Below are positions 12,801 through 23,800 of a stretch of DNA of 64,000 bases, in pieces. The DNA is taken from contig NC_092670.1 in the NCBI RefSeq assembly GCF_964355755.1, forward strand, positions 11,518,795-11,582,794, read 5' to 3'. This DNA comes from Antedon mediterranea (lineage: Eukaryota > Animalia > Echinodermata). The first letter of the stretch is position 1. Each line of letters begins with the position of its first letter. The notes beneath the pieces were generated by a model, which saw only the letters and a program-made list of their open reading frames with translations, ran no database searches and was not told where the DNA came from. The position numbers and the translations under genes are program-made.

Positions 12801-14431
12801 CCTGAACTGAAGAATATGATCTGTTGTTATTGCTGAATTTTATTATTTAAATTCATATATAGTATACACAGTATAATCTGTATCCATATCACATACAGTG
12901 TAGAATAGGTGAAATTACGGGACCCGCTATTTATTGCAATTTTTAACATGTTGATGGTTTTAAAATGAAACGCGAAGTTAGCAATTCCGAAAGCAAATTA
13001 TCTCAGCAACAACGTATTAACGTGTAGAAGAAATTTGAATACGTTAAATATTGATGCGCGCTCTTTTAAATGTAATGAATTATGACGAAAAAGATGAAAA
13101 TACGACCTTTTTTATTTAACTGGCCATATGATGACGTCACAACATCCGATTGGCAACATTTTTACATAATTTCAAATCTACAATCCAATAGCTTCCAGAA
13201 AAAGTTTTAATCGTGATTATCACATTTTATTCTTACGAGCTATAACAGATTAAAATTTACTGTAAAGATGAAATTGATGCCACACGTGATTTAAATTTTT
13301 AGGCATGATGACGTCAAAAAAATTAAAATATTTTTAACTCATGCGAAAGATAGTTGATTGACCTAGACAATATCAAAATCGGGGTGAAAATGGAAAACGG
13401 ATAAGTGGAGATGCGCTCTATTCAATGTGATGAGCTATGACGAAAGATACAAAAATACTAAATTTTATATTCGCGTGGCCATACGATGACGTCACAATGT
13501 CCGGTTAGCCATATTAATACCTGATCCGATATCTACAACTCATTTACTTCCAGAATATGTCATCCACAAAAATTTGACCGTCTAGTTTAGAAATTACGAC
13601 TGTTTAAAAAAAGGCATATTTTAAACGAATTTTTTAACCTTTTCATAAAAAACACGCGCAAATTGTCCAATTCGACGTGCTCGTATGACGTATCTTTAAG
13701 TCGAAATTGTTAAAAATTTGGTAAAATTACTAGAAAAGGCTGGAAAAACATAAATCACGCGAAAAAAATACGTTTTCAATGCTACGTGCGCACCGCACAC
13801 GTAGAAATGTGCGCACGCGTGGGAATTTTTGACATGCTTAAAACGACATGAAACGCGTAGAAAGTTGATTATAAATTAATTTTTCGCATTTTGAAATTTT
13901 AAATGTGCGTGCGCGCGTAACTTTGTGTAAAACACGCAATTTTTTTTCAACAGAAATATAGCGCATGATATAAATTAAACTTTTGCAAAGTTTCACTTTA
14001 AAATGTTATTTGGTTTTCGACATATGTTAAATACGATAAAATCGTTAAATCGCGCGTACGTCACGTTGCGCAATTGTAAACATCATGAAAAGCTTCGCTT
14101 GACGACGTTACATAAATGTCAAAATGTTAACATAGTTAACAAAATGTTATGTTTGCGAGTTTTAGAGAAAAGCGTTACACAAAAATCATACAGAAAGAAA
14201 GAAGAAGAATAAAAAGTTGATGATGATGATGATGATGATTTCGTACAATCACAAGAGGTTATCCTGCAACTTCGTTGCGGATAACCAAAAAAAAAGAAAA
14301 AAAATAAAAAAAAAAAGATCCTGACAATAACAAGGGGTTATCCGCCAAGTGCGGATAACCAAAAAGAAAAAAAAAAAAAAAAAAAAAGATCCTGACAATA
14401 ACAAGGGGTTATCCGCCAAGTGCGGATAACC
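6829..14431 (-). mobile_element. Array/nest of six DINE-1/HINE-like non-autonomous Helentron units
   Basis: Unit ends ACTAGatttgAACTCGTCactacgGACGAGTTaGGTTATCCGC at 7958, 9112, 10323, 11539 and 12684 (variant), plus a hairpin-deleted version at ~6829. Opposite ends GGTTATCCGC..GCGGATAACC at 10321, 11537, 14286, 14360 and 14431. On the minus strand this reads TT-subTIR/IR ... subTIR-stem-loop-CTAG-T, the known HINE/DINE-1 architecture. Confidence 0.88.
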
Positions 14432-14489
14432 AATAATTTCCATAGATACCAAATTGACAGGAAACATAAATGTCTGTCCTACGTAGCTC

Positions 14490-14559
14490 GCCGTGATCGT
14501 ATAGTGGTTAGTACATTGCGTTGTGGCCGCAATAACCCAAGGTCGAATCCTGGTCCCGG
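14490..14559 (+). pseudogene. tRNA-His(GTG) interrupted in the acceptor stem; remainder at 27665-27670
   Basis: Matches the intact copy at 28103 (apart from T-arm substitutions ccaaggtcg) up to cctggtc. The downstream flank cattgataaaacaatgtcacggc resumes at 27669. Confidence 0.92.
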
Positions 14560-14849
14560 TGTAAGATTGAATTGTGTCCAGCATTCAAAAGTGTCCGGGT
14601 GGACACTTTTCAGCATTGGATAGTGTCCAGTTGCATGTTTCAACGGGTTCGTGGGCGTTTTTCAACAATTTAATGCTGTCCGGCCCGTTTAATAATGTCT
14701 GACCCATGGATTGAAATGCGTCCACTATTAAATACTGTATCATACGTTTTATGATAGGTGGTTGTTTTTATCACGCCTGCACTTGTCTTGTCTTCTTTTA
14801 ATAACCAATAATACTTAATGATGCCAAACAAATTTTTTTTTTCTAATTA

Positions 14850-17366
14850 AAGATCGCTTTGCCTAAACACCTCCAATTAGGGACCATTATATTATATGGT
14901 ATGTGAAAAGACAAGAAGAATAAATAATTGTTAAGTATGTGACAAAAACAAGTAAATGAAGTGTTCCTCTTCCAATTAAAAATCACTTTACCTAAAACAC
15001 CTCCAATTAGCGACCATTATATTATTTAGTATTAATAAAGCAAGAAGAATATATAGTTTTTAATTATGTGACAAAAAACAAGTAATTGTACTGGACCTCT
15101 TTCAATAAAGGACCACTTTACTTAAAACACCTCCAATTAGCGACCATTTTATTAATTGGTATGAGTAAAGACAATAATAATTAATAGTTTTAATTATGTG
15201 ACAAAATTAAGTAACTGTACTGACTGGTCCGCTTCCAATTAAAGATCACTTTACTTTAAGACACCTCAAATTAATGACCATTTTTATTAATTGGTATGAG
15301 TAAAGGCAAGAATAATTGATAGTTTAATTATGTGACAAAATTAAGTAAATGTACTGGTCCGCTTCCAATTAAAGGTCACTTTACTTTAAGACACCTCTAA
15401 TTAGCGACCATTTTTATTAATTGGTAGAAGTAAATACAAGAAGAATACATAGTTTTAATTATGATAGTGACAAAATTAAATAACTGTACTAGTCCTCTTC
15501 CAGTTATAGATCACGTTACTTAAAGAAACCTCCAATTAGCGACCATTATATTATTTAGTATTAATAAAGCAAGAAGAATATATAGTTATTAATTATGTGA
15601 CAAAAAACAAGTAATTGTACTGGCCCTCTTTCAATAAAGGACCACTTTACTTAAAACACCTCCAATTAGCGACCATTTTATTAATTGGTATGAGTAAAGA
15701 CAATAATAATTAATAGTTTTAATTATGTGACAAAATTAAGTAACTGTACTGACTGGTCCGCTTCCAATTAAAGATCACTTTACTTTAAGACACCTCAAAT
15801 TAATGACCATTTTTATTAATTGGTATGAGTAAAGGCAAGAATAATTAATAGTTTAATTATGTGACAAAATTAAGTAAATGTACTGGTCCGCTTCCAATTA
15901 AAGGTCACTTTACTTTAAGACACCTCTAATTAGCGACCATTTTTATTAATTGGTAGAAGTAAATACAAGAAGAATACATAGTTTTAATTATGATAGTGAC
16001 AAAATTAAATAACTGTACTAGTCCTCTTCCAGTTATAGATCACGTTACTTAAAGAAACCTCCAATTAGCGACCATTATATTATTTAGTATTAATAAAGCA
16101 AGAAGAATATATAGTTATTAATTATGTGACAAAAAACAAGTAATTGTACTGGCCCTCTTTCAATAAAGGACCACTTTACTTAAAACACCTCCAATTAGCG
16201 ACCATTTTATTAATTGGTATGAGTAAAGACAATAATAATTAATAGTTTTAATTATGTGACAAAATTAAGTAACTGTACTGACTGGTCCGCTTCCAATTAA
16301 AGATCACTTTACTTTAAGACACCTCTAATTAGTGACCATTTTTATTAATTGGTATGAGTAAAGGCAAGAATAATTAATAGTTTAATTATGTGACAAAATT
16401 AAGTAAATGTACTGGTCCGCTTCCAATTAAAGGTCACTTTACTTTAAGACACCTCTAATTAGCGACCATTTTATTAATTGGTAGGACTAAATACAAGAAG
16501 AATACATAGTTTTAATTATGATAGTGACAAAATTAAGTAACTGTACTAGTCCTCTTCCAGTTATAGATCACTTTACTTAAAGAAACCTCCAATTAGCGAC
16601 CATTATATTATTTAGTATTAATAAAGACAAAAAGAATAAATAATTGTTAAGTATATGACAAAAACAAGTAAATGAAGTGGTCCTCTTCCATTAAAAATCA
16701 CTTTACCTAAAACACCTCCAATTAGCGACCATTATATTAATTGGTATGAGTAAAGACAATAATAATTAATAGTTTTAATTATGTGACAAAATTAAGTAAC
16801 TGTACTGGTCCGCTTCCAAATAAAGATCACTTTACTTTAAGACACCTCTAATTAGCGACCATTTTTATTAATTGGTATGAGTAAAGGTAAGAATAATTAA
16901 TAGTTTAATTATGTGACAAAATTAAGTAAATGTACTGGTCCGCTTCCAATTAAAGATCACTTTACTTTAAGACACCTCTAATTAGCGACCGTTATATTAT
17001 TTTGTATGAATAAAGACAAGAAGAAGAAATAGTTTATAATCATGTGATAAAAAACAAGTAATTGTACTGGTCCTCTTCAAATTAAAGATCACTTCAATTT
17101 AAACACTTCCATTTAGCGACCGTTTTATTATTTTGTATGAGTACAGACAAGAGGAATAAATAGTTTATAATCATGTGATAAAAAACAAGTAATTGTACTG
17201 GTCCTCTTCCAATTAAAGATCACTTTACTTTAATACACTTCCAATTAGCGACCGTTTTATTATTTTGTACGAGCACAGACAAGAGGAATAAATAGTTTAT
17301 AATCATGTGATTAAAAACAAGTAATTGTACTGGTCCTCTTCCAATTAAAGATCACTTTACTTTAAG
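14850..17366. repeat. ~130-bp satellite, about 19 monomers, with a 4-monomer 529-bp higher-order repeat
   Basis: Monomer core ggtcc.cttccaattaaagatcactttacttaa..cacctccaattagcgacca. The same monomer variant recurs at 15001, 15530, 16059 and 16587. Confidence 0.92.
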
Positions 17367-17898
17367 ACAGACACGACTAAAAGGTGAAATAATAATAACA
17401 AATAATAATAACAGGATTTTTATAGCACACATACCACAGAGTGCTCAAGGCGCATTAAAAAAAAAATAATAATAAAAACAAATCATACAACTCTCCCGGT
17501 CCCGAGAGCCGCTGTTTTGAGGTTGACCTGACAATTGTGGCAATTACCAATTGGGACATTACCCTTGTTGGACATCTGGTAAAAATAAATACTGATTATG
17601 CTGCCACTTTAGTACACAAAACGATAAATAAAAAAAAATAATACAACTTGTAGCATTCCATTTAAACACAGTAGGCCCTGTTCAAAACTGCTAGTGTAGA
17701 AAAGTCAAATCCACCCATATAATAAAACCTAGAACTAGCTAATGATGTAGAAACACCAACAGCTTATTTATCAAATAAAAATCAACATTATACTCATATA
17801 CAACTCAACAGGTAATGTAGTAACGAAAATTGCCTCACAGCTAATGTAGTTAATATCGCCAGCTAATAAAATATTATATATTTTACAAACCTAAAGTG

Positions 17899-20800
17899 TA
17901 TGGCAAGCCTCAGCTGTCTGAAGTATTCAAAATATTATATTATTATATCATTTTTTTATTATATTATATATTGTATTGTAATGAATTATACGTTTTGCAT
18001 TATATTACTTGGTTTTAGCATTATATTATATCTATTTCGAATATATTATGTGAAAAATGTAACAAATTATTGACTTTTTGTATTATATTATTTGGTTTTA
18101 GCATTATATTATGAACATTTAATATTATATTATTAATAAAATACATTATATTATAATATAATTGTATTATATTAAACGCATTTACTTTACTTTATAACAT
18201 ACAACATTATTATATTATACGGATTCGTTAGTTATATTATTATTTTGTATGATGTTTATTATACGTCACGGCTTATTTCAGTTCTTCTAACTCTTTCTCT
18301 CCCTCCCCCTGTTCACTAGCAATCAGCGGCCGGCAGAATCGGAATCGTGTGACTGTTGAAGAATAACTACGTACTACTAGCCTAGCCTAGGGGATCTAAA
18401 CAAGTGACCAAGGATCACCGGACAGCTACAACTAATACTACAATACAATAATACTACTACAATAACTACTACTACAACTAATACCTAGGCCTAGCTAGTG
18501 AGTAGTAGCTACTACTAGGCTCTAGGGCGTATGTATGATGTTAACTACTAGGGCCTAGGCTAGACCTAGAGGCCTACTAGTACTAGGCTAGGCCTAGACT
18601 TAAAGCCCCATTCCCTACGTTTTTTAGATCTAATTTAAGATCACAAACTATATTTAATGTAAAAATAATACTATATGGTCCTATTGCGATAACTTTTTTC
18701 GTCTTTAAACGGTTAAAAATGTGAAAAATAAGTCGATTTTAATAATTATAGCGGCCCGCTATAAATCCCAAAATGCATTGCGCGCGGATTGATATTTTTG
18801 TTTTTCACCTGTAATTCGCCCACTTTTCGATCGATCGTGAGGCCAAAACAAATGGAAGACTCCTAACTTTTCAGCGAAAATACCGGGTTTTCTCCAATTT
18901 GTATCAACGGAGTCTGGCAAAAATAGAAAGACAATTAATGCAGCAACTATACAACGTCAGGCGCTAGGTATATAGCTCGCGTACGATGTTCGTACGTTAC
19001 CGATGTTTACCAGCTAGGCCTACAAAACTAAGCCTAGCTAGGCTAAGCCTAAGACCGTCCACGAGAGGTCGATCGCCGCGAGCTACTTAGGTAGTGCATT
19101 GTTTCTCACTTTTTATCATAATTTACCATAAAATGTACATTTAAGACAAGAAATGACATGGTTTAATGTTTTTAAAGTGATATATATGTATAATTTTCCA
19201 AAAAACGTCCAAAATTGCAGGGAAGGGGTCTTTAAGTTGTAGTAGGCTAGGGCCGGGCCTGCTGCCTTAGGCTAGGCTACTACTACTACTACTAGGCAGC
19301 CCATGATGGGTACGAGTAAGCCAAAATTTTGGATATATGTAAACCAAAATTTCGGTACGAGCGTGTTGGCATGGCATGGGTACGGGTTGACCTGTATCCT
19401 TCTAGCTAACCGTACTATGCCTAGGCCTCAAGTAAGTCTACGCTACCCAGTCCGGCTACAATATGGTCTATTTTGTTTTATATCTTTATTGATAGCTGGG
19501 TTCAAATCTGTGTTGGGACGGCTTTTTCTCATTCTAAAACAGATTTCCTTATCATAATAAAATAATATATGAATTTATTTGTAATATTGTAATGTATACA
19601 TAATATAAGTAATTGCCATTGCCTTTATTACTATTAATTATGTATTATACGGTTACCCCTTAATTATACTATAGTATAATTTCCTTGTTATATTTTACAA
19701 TATTTTCTTCCTAATTCTACAATTTTGTCTTTCACAGCACAAATTTATCATACTGAATCATCACACACCTGACACCAAGTCTCATAAATCTCTACTGTAT
19801 TTGTCCAAGCTACTCCAGCTACATGGTATTGCCTTGATGCTAAACTACACGGTATACTGGCACTACCATCATTCCTGGCTCGTCAACCTGTACCACATAA
19901 GCACAGTTTCAGTTTCAGTTTATTTACCATTTCAATTTCTGAACATAAGAGATGAACAACTTATATGGATGGATAACCGTAAGAGCGAAGCTCGTTTACC
20001 GGTCACCTGTTAGTGCAGTGACATTACAGAAAACATAAAGACAGGACAAAGGTGCAATACTTAACAAGACATGTGAATACTTGTGTTTGCAACCCCTTGG
20101 ATAAAATAATATATTTATATAAAGGAGAAAGTTAGATATTATAATATTTCTTTTTGATCATACAATGATAATTTTTAAATTACTTCTTAAGAAGTCATAC
20201 TACTGATTCAAAATAGTGACTTACACCCTGTGGTCAAGGCTTTATTTGCTCTTATGCTTATCTCCTCCAACATACAGAGTAACAGAGTACATAGGACTTT
20301 TTTTATTCATAACTGTTGAATTGTTTCCCAATACATAGTACCTATTGGTATTATATCTAAAAATACAAAGGCGGCTAACACAGATAGTTCCATTACAGTA
20401 CTCTTTTATAGATAGATGTATCTCTCCAAACTACTCCCAACTACCTAATCTAATAATAGTACTATTAGCATACTACTATACACTTTGTAGACAAGAAATA
20501 AGTTGTATACACCTACAGGACTTATGGTAGTACAGTCGATCGCACTCTCACTGGCCCGGTCAACATAATCTATACCTAGATTATTACAGTAATTAAAGTA
20601 CATTGTTACAGAGTTTTGTTTTTTTTTGCAGAAATCAAAGTTATGTGTATAGAAAGCAGTACTCGTATTAAAAACTAAGCAGGTTGCAGGTCTTGAATGC
20701 AAACTGGCAGGATATTTTGAATATTTTTTGTTGTTGAAATGATGGAATCCTAACTTCAATTTCCACGAACTGGAGACGAAGACATATTATGACCCTTTTA

Positions 20801-23800
20801 TTTAAATTTATTTGAATAGACCTCCATGTAAAGTCATTAAAGGCTACATGATTTTTTTATATTTTAATATGTGATAGTAGGAAATCATTGTGTATAATGA
20901 GGACTATGAATCTGATATTTACTTGCATTCTTATCTTTTTAAAATATTATTTATAATGCCGGTAATGAGTTTAAAATTTAATTATATTGACTATTTTTGA
21001 TAATCATCATGTCCTTATAAATTCATTTATACTTTTTTTGTGTAATATAGTTCATATATTATGTATTAAATAAATTGGTAAGGCCCTATACTGTTATTAT
21101 TTAAGGAAAGTTTATATACACGATTATTTTATGCCTACCAATATTAGTAATAATTGTTTATGTAAATATTTTGTCTAATTGCCTTGATTTTTGTATAGGC
21201 CAATGGCATCAATGTTTTTCTCAAAGCAAATTAGCCTAATAATGCCACATTTAGACACATGATTCATTGATTTCTGATATTCTGTACTTGTGTATGCATT
21301 ACTAAAATAGTAGTTAATATATTTCATTTATAATGTATGTATAAACATATATTCATATTTTTTTAACATTTTTAAATTTAAAAATTATTACAATACCTAT
21401 CTACCTTTCTGATATTGTTACTATTATATAATATTCTTTGAGGCAGCAATAAAAAAAAAATTAGAACAATTAATTTGACTTATACTGTACTATGTTAGTT
21501 CAGGAGATGAAGTGTGTGTGGGTAGAAACTAGTGTGTTGGAGGTTGGTGGTGTGAGGTGTATAGTTGTCACTTTAATTAGATGTTTTCTGAAGAAAAGAA
21601 GTAAGCACATACGCTTTCAAACAACTCCAAGAAGATTCACACAAAAATAATTACTTTCCAATAAAGTAGTATAACAGTGTATATTACAGTACATTGAATA
21701 AACTCGAGCGGAATAATAACGCACATAAAAAAACATTCATTTTCATTTCGAAAAGTGCCCTCTCTAGTTTTCTATTAATTTATTAATAATTATTATTAAT
21801 TAATGAGTAATATGAACATATTTTTAACATTCAATGCTGGAAGTTGGTTCTACTCCTAACATAGTTTCATATCTCCAAATTTCATTAACGTATTCAAAGC
21901 ACTTCAATATTAAATATCACATTTAACATAAAAATTCGGGTTTTGGATAGAATTTTGCTTAAAAACATATACAAAAAACATCGATAAAAAATACTTTTCG
22001 TTTTCAAAAACATTTGATACTTGGTATAAATGTTCACTATTGGTTGCTCTATTCACAGAAGAAAATTGCATTCATGAACGTTTTTTGTTGGTTGTTTTTT
22101 CAAAATAGTTATTAGCTTGAAAAAAATGAGTTGGAATTGTATGGTCATTCATAAGTGTACATTTTGTAAAAACGTAAATTTAAAAAATCAGTGATATGGC
22201 TTGATAGTTATTTTTTGTTTGCAATATGGATGGAGCAACCTATATTGAACATTTATACCAAGTATCAAATGTTTTTGAATACGAAAAGTATTTTTTATCC
22301 ATGTTTTTTGTATATGTTTTTAAGCAAAATTATATCCAAAACCTGAATTTGTAATGTTAAATGTAATTTATTTAAGTGCTTTGAATACGTTGATGAAATT
22401 TGGAGATATGAAACTTTGTTAGGAGTAGATACAGTTTCCAGCATTAAATGTTAAAAATATGTTTATATTACTCATTAATTGATAATAATTATTAATAAAT
22501 TAATAGAAAACTAGAGAGGGCACTTTTCGACAAGAAAATGAATGTTTTTTATGTGCGTTATTATTCCGCTCGAGTTTATTCAATGTACTGTAATATACAC
22601 TGTTATACTATTTTATTGGAAAGTAATTATTTTTGTGTGAATCTTCTTGGAGTTGTTTGAAAGCGTATCCGCTTACTTCTTTTCTTCAGAAAACATCTAA
22701 TTTAGGTCTTAAAGTGACAACTATACACCTCACACCACCAACCTCCAACACACTAGTTTCTGCCCACACACACTTCATCTCCTGAACTAACATAGTACAG
22801 TATAAGTCAAATAAATTTTTAAATTTTTTTTTATTGCTGCCTCAAAAAATATTATATAATAGTAACAATATCAGAAAGGTAGATAGGTATTGTAATAATT
22901 TTTAAATTTAAAAATGTTTAAAAAAATATGAATATATGTTTATACATACATTATAAATGAAATATATTAACTACTATTTTAGTAATGCATACACAAGTAC
23001 AGAATATCAGAAATCAATGAATCATGTGTCTAAATGTGGCATTATTAGGCTAATTTGCTTTGAGAAAAACATTGATGCCATTGGCCTATACAAAAATCAA
23101 GGCAATTAGACAAAATATTTACATAAACAATTATTACTAATATTGGTAGGCATAAAATAATCGTGTATATAAACTTTTCTTAAATAATAACAGTATAGGG
23201 CCTTACCAATTTATTTAATACATAATATATGAACTATATTACACAAAAAAAGTATAAATGAATTTATAAGGACATGATGATTATCAAAAATAGTCAATAT
23301 AATTAAATTTTAAACTCATTACCGGCATTATAAATAATATTTTAAAAAGATAAGAATGCAAGTAAATATCAGATTCATAGTCCTCATTATACACAATGAT
23401 TTCCTACTATCACATATTAAAATATAAAAAAATCATGTAGCCTTTAATGACTTTACATGGAGGTCTATTCAAATAAATTTAAATAAAAGGGTCATAATAT
23501 GTCTTCGTCTCCAGTTCGTGGAAATTGAAGTTAGGATTCCATCATTTCAACAACAAAAAATATTCAAAATATCCTGCCAGTTTGCATTCAAGACCTGCAA
23601 CCTTCTTAGTTTTTAATACGAGTACTGCTTTCTATACACATAACTTTGATTTCTGCAAAAAAAAACAAAACTCTGTAACAATGTACTTTAATTACTGTAA
23701 TAATCTAGGTATAGATTATGTTGACCGGGCCAGTGAGAGTGCGATCGACTGTACTACCATAAGTCCTGTAGGTGTATACAACTTATTTCTTGTCTACAAA

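Larger units (their letters stand above)
1..14431 (+). mobile_element. Helentron plus nested Helentron-family non-autonomous elements (composite)
   Basis: RepHel-EN ORF followed by related ~1.2-kb units. The outermost terminus GGTTATCCGCcaagtGCGGATAACC ends at 14431 and abuts sequence matching the uninterrupted tRNA-His upstream flank at 28287 (aataatttccatagataccaaattgacagg). Which element owns the final terminus is uncertain. Confidence 0.75.

Noticed and set aside
14249-14623. ORFs over the tRNA-His copies (also 27943-28496)
   Set aside because: Chance frames across tRNA genes and A-tracts.
14850-17366. Repeat-spacer array
   Set aside because: The intervening sequences are themselves repeated; it is a satellite.
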